Source: an uncultured Enterobacteriaceae bacterium (lineage in GTDB: Bacteria > Pseudomonadota > Gammaproteobacteria > Burkholderiales > SG8-39). From it: a stretch of DNA of 62,006 nt. Below the pieces are notes generated by a model that searched no databases, was not told the origin of the DNA, and saw nothing but the letters and a program-made list of their open reading frames with translations. Shown one piece after another: positions 48,590-58,941 of this stretch. The first letter of the stretch is position 1. The number at the start of each line of letters is the position of its first letter. The stretch covers positions 13,333 through 75,338 of the forward strand of contig CAZXAR010000001.1 in NCBI GenBank assembly GCA_964638135.1, in the 5' to 3' direction. The translations under genes and the position numbers were made by a program.

Positions 48590-49711
48590 TCAGCCCTCGA
48601 AGAATTCACGAACCTTCTCCAGCCACGACTTGCTGCGCGGATTGTGGCGCGCCGCATCGTGCTGGCTGATGATCTCGAACTCGCGCAGCAGCTCGCGTTG
48701 CCTTTCGGTGAGGTTGACCGGCGTTTCCACGACCACGTGGCAGTAGAGATCGCCCGGCGCCTGGCTGCGCACGCCCTTGATTCCCTTGCCGCGCAGCCGG
48801 AAGGTCTTGCCGCTCTGCGATTCCGCGGGAACCTTGATGCGCGCCGTGCCGTCGAGCGTCGGGATCTCGATATCGCCGCCGAGTGCCGCAGTGGCGAACG
48901 AGATCGGCATTTCGCAGTGCAGGTCGTCATGGTCGCGCTGGAACACCGGATGCGGCTTGATATGCACCTGCACGTAGAGGTCGCCCGGCGGGCCGCCGTT
49001 GACTCCGGGCTCGCCTTCACCCGAGAGCCGCACCCGGTCGCCTTCGTCGACGCCGGCCGGAATGCGCACCTGGAGCGTTTTCTGGTGCTTGACCCGCCCC
49101 GCGCCGCCGCAGGCATTGCAGGGGTGCACGATCATCCTGCCGCTTCCATGGCAGCGCGGGCAGGTCTGCGCGATCGAGAACGGCCCCTGCGATATGCGAA
49201 CCTGCCCCGCGCCGCGGCAGGTCGCGCAGGTCTGCGGCTGCGTGCCGGGCTTGGCGCCGCTGCCATGACAGGTGGCGCACTCCGCGACGGTGGGGATACG
49301 GATCTTGGTTTCGAACCCCCGGGCCGCCTGCTCGAGCGCGATCTCGAGGTTGTAGCGCAGATCGGCGCCGCGGAACACCGAGGAACGGCCGGCGCGACCG
49401 CCGCCGAAAATCTCGCCGAAGATGTCGCTGAACACGTCGCCGAACCCGGAAAATCCGGCCCCCGCGCCGGCGCCTGCGGCGGTGGAATCGACCCCGGCAT
49501 GGCCGAACTGATCGTATGCGGCGCGCTTCTGCGCGTCGGACAGGATCTCGTACGCCTGCTTCGCTTCCTTGAAGTGCTCTTCGGCCTTCGGATGGTCCGG
49601 ATTGCGGTCCGGGTGCCACTTCATCGCCAGCTTGCGGTACGCCTTCTTGATCTCGTCTTCGGAGGCATCCCGGTTGAGCCCGAGGATTTCGTAGTAGTCG
49701 CGTTTGGCCAT
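48590..49711 (-). CDS. dnaJ: Molecular chaperone DnaJ
   Basis: J domain (HPDRNP), a Gly-rich linker and four CxxCxGxG zinc-finger repeats. Confidence 0.95.
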   Translation of the reverse strand: MAKRDYYEILGLNRDASEDEIKKAYRKLAMKWHPDRNPDHPKAEEHFKEAKQAYEILSDAQKRAAYDQFGHAGVDSTAAGAGAGAGFSGFGDVFSDIFGEIFGGGRAGRSSVFRGADLRYNLEIALEQAARGFETKIRIPTVAECATCHGSGAKPGTQPQTCATCRGAGQVRISQGPFSIAQTCPRCHGSGRMIVHPCNACGGAGRVKHQKTLQVRIPAGVDEGDRVRLSGEGEPGVNGGPPGDLYVQVHIKPHPVFQRDHDDLHCEMPISFATAALGGDIEIPTLDGTARIKVPAESQSGKTFRLRGKGIKGVRSQAPGDLYCHVVVETPVNLTERQRELLREFEIISQHDAARHNPRSKSWLEKVREFFEG

Positions 49712-49741
49712 ATGCCCCGTGCTCGAGCGTTAGGTGAAACG

Positions 49742-49780
49742 GCCGGGAGGAACGGCGCCTCGCGTGCGTTCCATCCCGGC
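49742..49780 (-). other. Intercistronic stem-loop between dnaK and dnaJ
   Basis: Inverted repeat GCCGGGA-G-GAACG (49742-49754) / CGTTC-CA-TCCCGGC (49767-49780). Only a weak U-tract follows on the transcribed strand. Confidence 0.4.
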
Positions 49781-49797
49781 CAGAGGGAACCGGCGCG

Positions 49798-51747
49798 TCA
49801 GCGTCCGGTTCCGTCCTTCTTGTCCTTCACCTCGGTGAACTCGGCGTCTACGACGTCGCCGCTTTCCTTCTTCGCCTCGCTTTCGGCCTGCGGCCGCTCG
49901 CCGCCTTCGGGCGCCTGCTTGGCCTGGGCGTCGGCGTACATCTTCTCGCCGAGCTTCTGCGCCGCCTGCGCGAGGGCCTGCGCGCGCGCCTCGATCTTCG
50001 CCTTGTCTTCCGACTTGAGCACGCGCTCGGCGTCCTTCAGCGCGGCCTCGATCTTTTCCCTTTCCCCGGCCTCCAGCTTGTCGCCGTAGTCCTTGAGCGA
50101 CTTCCTGACCGAGTGCACGAGCGCCTCGCACTGGTTGCGCGCATTGACCAGTTCCAGCGCCCTGCGGTCCTCCTCGGCGTGCGTTTCGGCGTCCTTCACC
50201 ATGCGCCGGATTTCCTCCTCGGTGAGACCGGAGCCGGCCTGGATCTTGATCTTGGCTTCCTTCGCGGTGGCCTTGTCCTTGGCGGTGACGTGCAGGATGC
50301 CGTTGGCGTCGATGTCGAAAGTGACTTCGATCTGGGGCATGCCGCGCGGCGCGGGCGGGATGTCCGCCAGGTTGAACTGGCCGAGCGACTTGTTGCCCGC
50401 CGCCATCTCGCGTTCGCCCTGCAGCACGTGGATCGTCACCGCGGTCTGGTTGTCGTCCGCAGTCGAGAAGATCTGATTCGCCTTGGTGGGAATGGTGGTG
50501 TTCTTCTGGATCAGCTTGGTCATCACTCCGCCCAGCGTCTCGATCCCGAGCGAGAGCGGCGTGACGTCGAGCAGCAGCACGTCCTTGACGTCGCCCTTGA
50601 GGACGCCCGCCTGGATCGCGGCGCCGATCGCCACGGCCTCGTCCGGGTTGACGTCCTTGCGCGGCTCGCGGCCGAAGAACTCGCGCACCTTGTCGACGAC
50701 CTTGGGCATCCGCGTCTGCCCGCCGACCAGGATGACGTCGACGATGTCGGACACCTTGACCCCTGCATCCTTGATCGCGATGCGGCACGGCTCGATCGTC
50801 TTTTCGATCAGGTCGTCCACGAGCGACTCGAACTTGGCGCGCGTGATCCTCATCGTCAGGTGCCTGGGGCCCGCGGCATCCGCCGTGATGTAGGGCAGGT
50901 TGATCTCGGTCTGCTGCGACGAGGACAGCTCGATCTTGGTCTTTTCGGCTGCCTCCTTCAGGCGCTGCAGCGCGAGCACGTCCTTGGACAGGTCCACGCC
51001 CTGGTCCTTCTTGAATTCCGTGACGATGTAGTCGATCAGCCGCTGGTCGAAGTCCTCGCCGCCGAGGAACGTGTCGCCGTTGGTCGAGAGCACCTCGAAC
51101 TGCTTCTCGCCTTCGACGTCGGCGATCTCGATGATCGAGATGTCGAACGTGCCGCCCCCGAGGTCGTAGACTGCGATCTTGCGGTCGCGCTTTTCCTGCT
51201 TGTCCATGCCGAACGCGAGCGCGGCCGCGGTCGGCTCGTTGATGATGCGCTTGACGTCGAGCCCGGCGATGCGGCCCGCGTCCTTGGTCGCCTGGCGCTG
51301 CGAATCGTTGAAGTAGGCGGGCACCGTGATCACGGCCTCGCTCACTTCCTCTCCGAGGTAGTCCTCGGCGGTCTTTTTCATCTTGCGCAGCACGTCGGCC
51401 GAAACCTGGGGCGGCGCGATCTTCTTGCCGCGAACCTCCACCCACGCATCGCCGTTGTCGGCGCGCACGATCTTGAAGGGCATCAGGCCGACGTCCTTCT
51501 GCACTTCCCTTTCCTCGAAGCGCCGACCGATCAGGCGCTTGACCGCGAACAGCGTGTTCCTGGCGTTGGTCACCGCCTGGCGCTTGGCGGACGCGCCCAC
51601 CAGGATCTCATCGTCGTCCGTGTAGGCGACGACCGAAGGCGTGGTGCGCGAGCCCTCCGAGTTCTCGATCACCTTGGGCTTGCCGCCCTCCATGATCGCG
51701 ACGCAGGAGTTCGTGGTCCCGAGGTCGATTCCAATGATCTTTGCCAT
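49798..51747 (-). CDS. dnaK: Molecular chaperone DnaK (Hsp70)
   Basis: 649 aa, [17 protein letters not shown]..., similar to Hsp70 over its whole length. Confidence 0.97.
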   Translation of the reverse strand: MAKIIGIDLGTTNSCVAIMEGGKPKVIENSEGSRTTPSVVAYTDDDEILVGASAKRQAVTNARNTLFAVKRLIGRRFEEREVQKDVGLMPFKIVRADNGDAWVEVRGKKIAPPQVSADVLRKMKKTAEDYLGEEVSEAVITVPAYFNDSQRQATKDAGRIAGLDVKRIINEPTAAALAFGMDKQEKRDRKIAVYDLGGGTFDISIIEIADVEGEKQFEVLSTNGDTFLGGEDFDQRLIDYIVTEFKKDQGVDLSKDVLALQRLKEAAEKTKIELSSSQQTEINLPYITADAAGPRHLTMRITRAKFESLVDDLIEKTIEPCRIAIKDAGVKVSDIVDVILVGGQTRMPKVVDKVREFFGREPRKDVNPDEAVAIGAAIQAGVLKGDVKDVLLLDVTPLSLGIETLGGVMTKLIQKNTTIPTKANQIFSTADDNQTAVTIHVLQGEREMAAGNKSLGQFNLADIPPAPRGMPQIEVTFDIDANGILHVTAKDKATAKEAKIKIQAGSGLTEEEIRRMVKDAETHAEEDRRALELVNARNQCEALVHSVRKSLKDYGDKLEAGEREKIEAALKDAERVLKSEDKAKIEARAQALAQAAQKLGEKMYADAQAKQAPEGGERPQAESEAKKESGDVVDAEFTEVKDKKDGTGR

Positions 51748-51777
51748 GGTGCTTTCCTTGTGCTAAGTCTGTGTCGG

Positions 51778-51806
51778 AAATGGGGTTTCGGGGGCCGCGT
51801 TTCAAG
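51778..51806 (-). promoter_or_regulatory. Sigma-32 (RpoH) heat-shock promoter of dnaK
   Basis: The minus strand reads CTTGAAA-N14-CCCCATTT, matching the CTTGAAA / CCCCATnT consensus. The -35 element overlaps the grpE stop codon. Confidence 0.7.
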
Positions 51807-52347
51807 TCGCCGCGGGATCGTTGGCGGGCCTTGGCTTGGCCACCGTGACGAGGGCTGCGCGGATCACGCGCTCGTGCAGCCCGTAGCCTTTCTGCATAAG
51901 GGCGACGACCGTGTTGGGCTCGGCGTCCGCCTCGACCGCCGCCATCGCCTGGTGGCGGTGGGGATCGAAGCGCTCCCCCACGGCCGGCGAAATTTCGGTG
52001 ACGTTCGCCTTCTCGAAGGCGCCGCGGAGCAGTTTCAGCGTCAGTTCGATGCCGCTCCTCAGCGAATCGACCGTGGCGCCGTCGGCGGCGAGCGCCGCCT
52101 CCAGGCTGTCCATGACCGGCAGGAGATCCTCCACCACGCGCTCGGCCGCGAACTTGCGCGCCTGTGCCATGTCGGTCTGCGCGCGCTTGCGGACGTTTTC
52201 CGCCTCCGCCAGGGCACGCAGCCAAGCCTCGCGCTGTTCCTCGATCTTGAGCTGTGCTTGCGCAAGGAGGTCGTCGAGCGATTTGCTTTGCTCGGCCGCC
52301 GCCTCGGGCGACGGCATCGGTTCGGGTTGCGGCGTGGTCTCAGACAT
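51802..52347 (-). CDS. grpE: Nucleotide exchange factor GrpE
   Basis: 181 aa with the GrpE motif (RALAEAENVRKRAQ...) and a C-terminal beta domain. Confidence 0.95.
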   Translation of the reverse strand: MSETTPQPEPMPSPEAAAEQSKSLDDLLAQAQLKIEEQREAWLRALAEAENVRKRAQTDMAQARKFAAERVVEDLLPVMDSLEAALAADGATVDSLRSGIELTLKLLRGAFEKANVTEISPAVGERFDPHRHQAMAAVEADAEPNTVVALMQKGYGLHERVIRAALVTVAKPRPANDPAAT

Positions 52348-52376
52348 GGCGTATCGGTAGGGGAATCATTGACTCA

Positions 52377-52403
52377 ATGGGGGTCGAATGGCCTACGTTC
52401 AAG
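52377..52403 (-). promoter_or_regulatory. Sigma-32-like promoter of grpE
   Basis: The minus strand reads CTTGAAc-N14-CCCCATTg, about 30 nt upstream of the grpE ATG. Confidence 0.55.
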
Positions 52404-52488
52404 TGCGGTCCGGGCGTTTCTGGCGAGACCGCCTGGCGCGACCGAAGCCGTTGATTCGAGAACCGAATAATGGCGCGCGTGGGCTCTG

Positions 52489-53421
52489 CTACGAAACGAG
52501 GTGCGGGGTGACGATAGCGCCGAGCGCATCGATCCACGCCGGGTCTTCGTTCAGGCAGGGTATCACCCGCATCTCGCCGCCACCGGCGGCAAGAAACGCC
52601 TCCCGCCCGCCAATCGCGATTTCCTCGAGCGTTTCGAGGCAGTCCGAAACGAAGCCGGGACATGCGACGTCCAGCGTCTTGACTCCCCGGCGTGCCAGGT
52701 CGATCAGGGTCGCTTGCGTATAGGGCTGGAGCCACTCGGCTGGCCCGAACCGCGACTGGAACGTGACCAGGAATTCGCTCTCGCCGACAGCGAGCGCCGA
52801 GGCGAGCAGTCGCGCGGTCGCATAGCACTGCTTTTCGTAGGGATCGCCCCGTGCGACGGCGCGCCGGGGCAGCCCGTGAAAGCTCAGCACCAGCCGTTCG
52901 GCGCGCCCGTGCGCCTTCCAGTGCGCCTGCACGCCCGCCGCGAGTGCCGCGATATAGGCCGGATGGTCGTGAAAGTGCTCGATCATCGCCGCGTCGGGCC
53001 CGATCGCGTCGCGCACGCTCTCGGCCGTGCTTTCCGCGTATTGCGGGTAGAGCGGCAGCACGATGGTGCGCCCGGCACCCGAGGCGCGCAGGCGCGCGAC
53101 GCCGGCCGCGATGCTCGGCTCGCCGTAGCGCATCGCCGATGCGACCGGGCGCGACAGGCGCGCGGAAAGGAGCTTCGCCTGGCGCTCGCTGTGCACGGCG
53201 AGTGGCGAGCCTTCCGGCATCCAGATCGCCGCGTATTTCCGTGCCGAGCGCCTGGGCCGCACATTCAGGATCACGCCGTACAGGAGCGGAAGCCACAGCA
53301 GCCGCGGCAGCCGAACGACGCGCGGGTCGGACAGAAACTCGGCAAGATAGGCGCGCACCGCCTGCGCCGTGGGGGCCGCGGGTGTACCGAGATTGACGAG
53401 CAGGACCCCGTCGCGCGCCAC
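52489..53421 (-). CDS. hemH: Ferrochelatase
   Basis: 310 aa: LLVNLGTP..., PLYPQYAESTAES, FSFHGLP. The GTG start directly abuts the hrcA stop. Confidence 0.9.
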   Translation of the reverse strand: MARDGVLLVNLGTPAAPTAQAVRAYLAEFLSDPRVVRLPRLLWLPLLYGVILNVRPRRSARKYAAIWMPEGSPLAVHSERQAKLLSARLSRPVASAMRYGEPSIAAGVARLRASGAGRTIVLPLYPQYAESTAESVRDAIGPDAAMIEHFHDHPAYIAALAAGVQAHWKAHGRAERLVLSFHGLPRRAVARGDPYEKQCYATARLLASALAVGESEFLVTFQSRFGPAEWLQPYTQATLIDLARRGVKTLDVACPGFVSDCLETLEEIAIGGREAFLAAGGGEMRVIPCLNEDPAWIDALGAIVTPHLVS

Positions 53422-54441
53422 TTACTGCTGCGACAGCGCGCTGGATAGGAGCTTCGCCGTGACGTCGACGATCGGCACCACGCGGTCGTAGGCCATGCGC
53501 GTGGGGCCGATCACGCCGACGGTGCCGACCACCTCGCCGTCCACCATGTAGGGCGAGGTGACCACGCTCACGTCGTCGGGCGCCACCACGCCCGACTCCC
53601 CGCCGATGAAGATCTGCACGCCCTGACCGCGCAGCGAAAGATCGAGAATCTGCGCGAGCAGCGTCCTTTGCTCGAACAGCTCGAACAACTGGCGCAGGCG
53701 CGACATGTCGTGCGACAGGTCCCGGACCGCGAGAAGGTTCTTTTCACCCGAGATCACGTAGGGCTCGCTGCCCTCGGCGATCGCCCGGCTGCTGATCTCG
53801 ACCGCCGCGGTCATGAGCTGGATCATGTCCTGGCGCAGCTCGTGCAGTTCCTGGTGCAGCCGCTGGCGGACTTCCTCGAAGTTCTGGCCGGAAAAGTTCT
53901 GGTTGATGTAGTTCGCCGCCGCGATCAGCTCCGCCGCCGTGTAGTCGCGCCCGGTGAACAGGATCCGGTTCTGCACGTCGCCTTCCGGAGTGACGACGAT
54001 CAGCAGAACGCGCTTTTCGGAAAGCCGCAGGAATTCGATCTGGCGGAACGTGATCGCGCGGCGCCGCGGCGTCATGACGATGCCGGCGAACTGCGTGAGC
54101 TGCGACAGGAGCTGCGACGCAGCGTGAATGACGCGCTGCGGATTGTCCGGGTGAAGCTGGTCCTCGAGATGATGCAGCTCTCCCGAGGCGAGCGCCTTCA
54201 CCACGAGCAGGGTATCGACGAAGAACCGGTAGCCCTGCGGGGTCGGGACGCGGCCCGCGGACGTGTGCGGGCTGGCGATGAATCCAAGCTCTTCCAGGTC
54301 CGACATCACGTTGCGTATGGTGGCCGGGGAAAGGTCCAGGCCGGAGTGGCGCGACAGCGTGCGTGAACCCACCGGCTGGCCTTCCTCGATGTAGCGCTCG
54401 ATGAGCGTCTTGAGAAGGATCTGCGCGCGCCTGTCCAGCAT
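53422..54441 (-). CDS. hrcA: Heat-inducible transcriptional repressor HrcA
   Basis: [29 protein letters not shown]..., similar to HrcA over its whole length. Start at ATG 54441. Confidence 0.9.
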   Translation of the reverse strand: MLDRRAQILLKTLIERYIEEGQPVGSRTLSRHSGLDLSPATIRNVMSDLEELGFIASPHTSAGRVPTPQGYRFFVDTLLVVKALASGELHHLEDQLHPDNPQRVIHAASQLLSQLTQFAGIVMTPRRRAITFRQIEFLRLSEKRVLLIVVTPEGDVQNRILFTGRDYTAAELIAAANYINQNFSGQNFEEVRQRLHQELHELRQDMIQLMTAAVEISSRAIAEGSEPYVISGEKNLLAVRDLSHDMSRLRQLFELFEQRTLLAQILDLSLRGQGVQIFIGGESGVVAPDDVSVVTSPYMVDGEVVGTVGVIGPTRMAYDRVVPIVDVTAKLLSSALSQQ

Positions 54442-54476
54442 GCGCTCAATTCTACACATGCCGCTACAATGCGGCG

Positions 54477-55379
54477 ATGCAGCCCGCGTTCCGCCGCGTC
54501 GCCCTGATCGGGAAAAAAATGCCCGAGATCGCCGCCTCGCTCCGGGCGCTGCGCCAGTTCCTGCGCGAGCGCGGCTGCGAGGTGATCCTCGAACGCGAGA
54601 CCGCGCAGAGCGTCGGCGACGGGGGCGCGAGCGCGGATTACGCAGGGATCGGCAGCGGCGCCGACATCGCGATCGTGCTGGGGGGCGACGGGACCATGCT
54701 CGCCGCCGCGCGCAACCTGGCCCGTTACCCGGTCCCGCTTGCCGGCATCAACCAGGGGCGGCTCGGATTCATGACGGACATCGCGCTTGCCCGAATGGGC
54801 GAACTGGTCGGCGCGATTCTCGACGGCCAGTACGCGATCGAGGAGCGTTCGCTGCTGGACGCGGAAATTCGCCGCCGCTCGGCCGGCTCCGGCGGCGACG
54901 AGGCGATCCTGCAGACGCTGGCCTTGAACGAGGCCGTGGTCGGCAAGGGTTCGCAGGGGCGCCTGATCGAATTCGAGGTTCGCATCGACGGCGAATACGT
55001 GTACCGGCTGCGCGCCGACGGAATGATCGTCGCGACGCCCACCGGATCGACCGCCTACTCGCTCTCGGCGCAGGGGCCGATCCTGCATCCGGCGGTGCCG
55101 GCCTTTGCGCTGGTGCCGCTCAATCCGCACGTGCTTTCGGCGCGCCCGGTGAGCGTGAGCGAACGCAGCGTGATCGAGATCGGACTTGTGCACGCGGTGG
55201 ACGCGCGCGCGCATTTCGACGGGTTTGCGCTGACCGACATGCACGAAGGCGACCGGCTGCTGCTGAAGCGCTCCGCCTTCGCGATCCGCTTCGTGCATCC
55301 TCCCGGGTACAGCTACTTCATGATGCTGCGCGAAAAGCTGCGCTGGAGCGAGACCATGGAGATGCAGGCCGAAGACTGA
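54477..55379 (+). CDS. nadK: NAD(+) kinase
   Basis: GGDGT motif ([10 protein letters not shown]) and the NAD-kinase C-terminal domain. Confidence 0.9.
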   Translation: MQPAFRRVALIGKKMPEIAASLRALRQFLRERGCEVILERETAQSVGDGGASADYAGIGSGADIAIVLGGDGTMLAAARNLARYPVPLAGINQGRLGFMTDIALARMGELVGAILDGQYAIEERSLLDAEIRRRSAGSGGDEAILQTLALNEAVVGKGSQGRLIEFEVRIDGEYVYRLRADGMIVATPTGSTAYSLSAQGPILHPAVPAFALVPLNPHVLSARPVSVSERSVIEIGLVHAVDARAHFDGFALTDMHEGDRLLLKRSAFAIRFVHPPGYSYFMMLREKLRWSETMEMQAED

Positions 55380-57034
55380 TGTTGCGGGTCCTCGGCATCC
55401 GTGACTTGGTCATCGCGGAGCGTGTTGAGCTGGAGGCCGGACCGGGCTTCACCGTGCTCACCGGCGAGACCGGCGCCGGCAAATCGATCCTGGTCGATGC
55501 GATCGAGCTGCTGGTCGGCGGCCGCGGCGACGCGGCCGCGGTGCGCGAAGGCGCGGAACGCGCCGACCTTGCGGCGGAATTCGAGATTGACGCGGCGGCG
55601 CCGCTCGCGGCGTGGCTCGCGGAGCACGAGCTCGAAGGCGACGCGGGAACGCTGATCCTGCGGCGCACGATCGACCGGCAGGGACGCTCGCGCTGCTTCA
55701 TCAACGGCCACCCGGGGACGCTCGCCCAGCTCAAGGAGGCGGGGGAGCATCTGGTCGACATCCACGGCCAGCATGCACACCAGTCGCTGCTGCGCGCATC
55801 GGGACAGCGCGAGCTCCTCGACGCGCATGCGGGCGCGGCCCGGTCGCGCAGCGACTGCACGGACGCGTGGCGCACGTGGCAACGCCTTGACGGGCTTGCA
55901 GGCAAGGCCCGGCAGGAATTCGCGCTGCGGGCCGCGGAACGCGCCGCCCTCGACGAGAAGGCGCAGGACTTGCGCCGGCTTGCGCCGCGCGAAGGGGAAT
56001 GGGAAGAGCTGTCGGCGGCGCACCGGCGCCTCGCGCACCGCTCGAGCCTGCTTGCCGGCGCGCAATCCTCGCTCGAAGCGCTGGCGGACGCCGAGGGCGC
56101 GAGCCTCGCGCGGATCGGGGAGGTCGCAAGGCGTCTGCTCGCGCTGTCGCAGCATGACGAGGCGTTGCGGGGCATCGCCGATTTGCTCGCCTCGGCCGAA
56201 GCTCAGGCGGGCGAAGCCGTGCGCGCACTGCGCCAGTACGCGTCGCGCCTCGATCTCGACTCCGACACGATGCAGGAAGTCGGGCAGCGGATCGAGACCC
56301 TGCACGCGGGGGCGCGCAAATACCGCGTGCGTCCCGAGGAGCTGCCGCGGCTCGCGAGCGAACTGGCGGCGCGCCTTGCCGAGTTGGAACGGGCGCCGAC
56401 TCCGGAGGCGCTGCAGCGCGAGGTCGATGCCGCCCGGGCGGCCTACGAGGAAACGGCGAAAAAGCTCTCGCGAAAGCGAAAGAGCGGTGCGCAGGCGCTG
56501 TCGCGCCAGGTCACGGCGCAGATGCAGGCGCTCGCGCTCACCGGCGGGCGTTTCTCGGTGCTGCTGCGCCCGCTCGCCGAGCCTGCCGCGTACGGCCGGG
56601 AGGACGTGGAATTCGAAGTCGCCGCGCACGCGAGCCTGCCGCTGCGGCCGCTCGGCAGGGTCGCCTCGGGCGGCGAACTTTCGCGCTTGAGCCTCGCGAT
56701 CCACCTCGTCGCGATCGCCAGTTCGCCGGTGGGCACGCTCGTGTTCGATGAGGTGGATGCCGGGATCGGCGGTGCGGTGGCGGAAATGGTGGGCCGTTCG
56801 CTCAAGCGCATCGGCGCCGATCGCCAGGTGCTGTGCGTCACCCATCTGCCGCAGGTGGCGGCGCAAGGGGACGCGCAATGGTCGGTGACGAAGAGGGAAT
56901 CCCGCGGAGGCGTCGTGACTGCGGTTGCGCGCCTGGACCGCGCGGCGCGGATCGAGGAGCTGGCGCGCATGCTGGGCGGGACCGAAATCACGGCCACGAC
57001 GCGCAAGCATGCGGCCGAGTTGCTGGGGCGGTGA
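55379..57034 (+). CDS. recN: DNA repair protein RecN
   Basis: Walker A motif LTGETGAGKSIL, a long coiled coil, and C-terminal signature/Walker B motifs (ASGGELSRLSLAI, LVFDEVDAGIGG). TGATG overlap with the nadK stop. Confidence 0.95.
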   Translation: MLRVLGIRDLVIAERVELEAGPGFTVLTGETGAGKSILVDAIELLVGGRGDAAAVREGAERADLAAEFEIDAAAPLAAWLAEHELEGDAGTLILRRTIDRQGRSRCFINGHPGTLAQLKEAGEHLVDIHGQHAHQSLLRASGQRELLDAHAGAARSRSDCTDAWRTWQRLDGLAGKARQEFALRAAERAALDEKAQDLRRLAPREGEWEELSAAHRRLAHRSSLLAGAQSSLEALADAEGASLARIGEVARRLLALSQHDEALRGIADLLASAEAQAGEAVRALRQYASRLDLDSDTMQEVGQRIETLHAGARKYRVRPEELPRLASELAARLAELERAPTPEALQREVDAARAAYEETAKKLSRKRKSGAQALSRQVTAQMQALALTGGRFSVLLRPLAEPAAYGREDVEFEVAAHASLPLRPLGRVASGGELSRLSLAIHLVAIASSPVGTLVFDEVDAGIGGAVAEMVGRSLKRIGADRQVLCVTHLPQVAAQGDAQWSVTKRESRGGVVTAVARLDRAARIEELARMLGGTEITATTRKHAAELLGR

Positions 57035-57082
57035 TCCCGGACCGGCGCGCGCCCGCGGCGCGAACCGAACCTCGGGCGGGCC

Positions 57083-57532
57083 CTAGCTTTGTACGGTGGC
57101 GTGGGCTGCCGCGCGGTACGGGCAGTCCGCCTTGATGCAATCGGCGTACAGCGCGAGCGAGTGGCCGCGCAGTTCGAATCCGCGCTCGCGCGTAATCGCG
57201 CCTTGCCGATTCTCGATTTCCGGATCGAAGAACTCCTCGACGCGACCGCACTGCAGGCACACCAGGTGGTCGTGGTGGCCGCCCACGCTCAGTTCGAACA
57301 CGGCCTTGCCGGTCTCGAAGTGCTGGCGGGAAAGAATGCCCGCCTGCTCGAACTGCGTCAGGACCCGGTACACGGTCGCAAGGCCGATGTCGATTCCCTC
57401 GGCGATCAGCGTCCGGTAGACATCCTCGGCCGAGAGGTGGCGCACCTTGCTCGATTCGAACAGCTCGAGGATCTTGCGCCGGGGCAACGTCGCCTTGAGC
57501 CCCATGTCCTTGAGGCTTTGCGTCGGATTCAT
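57083..57532 (-). CDS. fur: Ferric uptake regulator
   Basis: 149 aa with a winged helix, [16 protein letters not shown] and the metal-site motifs. Confidence 0.95.
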   Translation of the reverse strand: MNPTQSLKDMGLKATLPRRKILELFESSKVRHLSAEDVYRTLIAEGIDIGLATVYRVLTQFEQAGILSRQHFETGKAVFELSVGGHHDHLVCLQCGRVEEFFDPEIENRQGAITRERGFELRGHSLALYADCIKADCPYRAAAHATVQS

Positions 57533-57570
57533 CGCAGAATGGCGAGGAGCTTGGGGGGCACGCTTGGGCT

Positions 57571-58032
57571 ATGATAACGGCTTTCTCCCGTCTTGAGAAT
57601 CGTTTCCCCGTGCATCCCGCGTCTCGCGCGCTGATTCTCGCCGCGCCGCTCCTGCTTTCCGCGTGCAGCCCGCCCGCCCTGATCCGGCCGTACCGGATGG
57701 AGATCCAGCAGGGCAACTATGTGTCGCAGGAAATGGTGTCGCAGTTGAAGCCCGGCATGACCAAGGAGCAGGTGCGCTTCGTGCTCGGGACCCCGCTCGT
57801 CACCGACATCTTTCACGCCGATCGCTGGGATTACGTCTACTTCCGCGACATCCAGGGCAGAGGGCGGGAAGAGCGCAGGATCGCGGTGATCTTCGAAGGG
57901 GGCCGGCTCGCCCGCGTGCTCGGCGACGTCGTGCCGGCGGCAGCGAAGGACGACGCGGCGACCGCCGCGGGGAGCGCCGCGCCGCCGGCGAAGCCGGTCG
58001 CGGCGAACCCCGGCTCGACGAGGCCGGAATGA
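57571..58032 (+). CDS. bamE: Outer membrane protein assembly factor BamE (SmpA/OmlA)
   Basis: Lipobox LLLSAC and a SmpA_OmlA domain (QQGNYVSQEMVSQLKPGMTKEQVRFVLGTP). Start is uncertain: ATG 57571 or GTG 57610. Confidence 0.8.
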   Translation: MITAFSRLENRFPVHPASRALILAAPLLLSACSPPALIRPYRMEIQQGNYVSQEMVSQLKPGMTKEQVRFVLGTPLVTDIFHADRWDYVYFRDIQGRGREERRIAVIFEGGRLARVLGDVVPAAAKDDAATAAGSAAPPAKPVAANPGSTRPE

Positions 58033-58811
58033 AAATCGCGATTGCAGGGGCGGGCGGCAGAATGGGCCGCACGCTGATCGAGGCGGTGCTCGCCGATGCG
58101 TCGCTCACGCTCGCGGCGGCGCTCGAGTCGGCGACAAGCCCGGCCGTCGGCACCGCTGCCGGGGGCGTCCGCGTGGGCTCGGATGCGCGCGCCGCAGTCG
58201 CGGCGGGCGACGTGCTGATCGACTTCACGCGCCCCGAGGCCACGCTCGCCTGCCTCGATCTCTGCGTTGCGGCCGGCAAGCGCATGGTGATCGGCACCAC
58301 GGGTTTTTCGGCAGCGGAAAAGGACCGGATCGCACGCGGTGCCGCGACGATCGCCGTCGTCATGGCGCCCAATTTCGCGATCGGCGTGAATGCCGTGTTC
58401 CATCTTGCCGCCTCCGCGGCAGCGATCCTCGGCGACGACTACGACGTCGAGATCGTCGAGGCGCATCATCGCCACAAGGTCGATGCGCCCTCCGGCACCG
58501 CGCTCAAGCTGGGCGAGATCATTGCGACGGTCCTCGGCCGGGATCTGCGCGCGGTTTCGATCCACGGCCGGCACGGCGAAACCGGGGCGAGGCCACCCCA
58601 GCAGATCGGCTTTCACGCCGTGCGCGGCGGCGACATCGTGGGCGAACACACGGTGGTGTTTGCCGGCACGGGGGAGCGCGTCGAGATCGCCGTGCGCTCG
58701 CAGAGCCGCATGACCTACGCGCTCGGCGCCCTGCGCGCGGCCAAGTGGCTGATGGGCAGGACGCCGGGTCTGTACGACATGCGCGACGTGCTCGGGCTCG
58801 GGAAAATCTGA
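58029..58811 (+). CDS. dapB: 4-hydroxy-tetrahydrodipicolinate reductase
   Basis: [14 protein letters not shown]..., [19 protein letters not shown] overlap with the bamE stop. Confidence 0.95.
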   Translation: MKIAIAGAGGRMGRTLIEAVLADASLTLAAALESATSPAVGTAAGGVRVGSDARAAVAAGDVLIDFTRPEATLACLDLCVAAGKRMVIGTTGFSAAEKDRIARGAATIAVVMAPNFAIGVNAVFHLAASAAAILGDDYDVEIVEAHHRHKVDAPSGTALKLGEIIATVLGRDLRAVSIHGRHGETGARPPQQIGFHAVRGGDIVGEHTVVFAGTGERVEIAVRSQSRMTYALGALRAAKWLMGRTPGLYDMRDVLGLGKI

Positions 58812-58865
58812 CTCGGCGATACGCGCAGTTCTCGTTGCCGGGTGGCGCCGCGCCGGGAGCGCGCG

Positions 58866-58871
58866 TATAAT
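58866..58871 (+). promoter_or_regulatory. Consensus -10 hexamer (TATAAT) in the dapB-carA spacer
   Basis: A perfect TATAAT lies 15 nt upstream of the leader hairpin. No convincing -35 element was found. Confidence 0.35.
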
Positions 58872-58885
58872 TTCACCCTCAATCA

Positions 58886-58917
58886 AGCGGGAGCAGCGCT
58901 GGCGCCTCCCGCTTTTT
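58886..58917 (+). terminator. Intrinsic terminator in the dapB-carA spacer (dapB terminator and/or carAB leader attenuator)
   Basis: Stem AGCGGGAG / CTCCCGCT with an inner GCG/CGC extension, followed by TTTTT. It ends 25 nt before the carA GTG. Confidence 0.65.
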
Positions 58918-58941
58918 CACGTCTGCTCCTGGAGTCCCGCT

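Noticed and set aside
51760-51767. CTTAGCAC (minus strand) in the dnaK 5' UTR, resembling a CIRCE half-site; hrcA is nearby
   Set aside because: The partner half-site GAGTGCTAA is absent 9 nt downstream, so no CIRCE inverted repeat exists. dnaK has a clear sigma-32 promoter instead.
50113-52470. 785-aa plus-strand ORF covering the dnaK-grpE region
   Set aside because: It is exactly antisense to the unmistakable dnaK and grpE genes, and its product is Arg/Gly/Asp/His-rich and low in complexity. Long antisense ORFs opposite hsp70 genes are a known artefact of GC-rich DNA.
55200-55379. Search for a LexA/SOS box (CTGT-N8-ACAG) upstream of recN
   Set aside because: No match was found. The recN start overlaps the nadK stop, so any SOS control would have to lie elsewhere.
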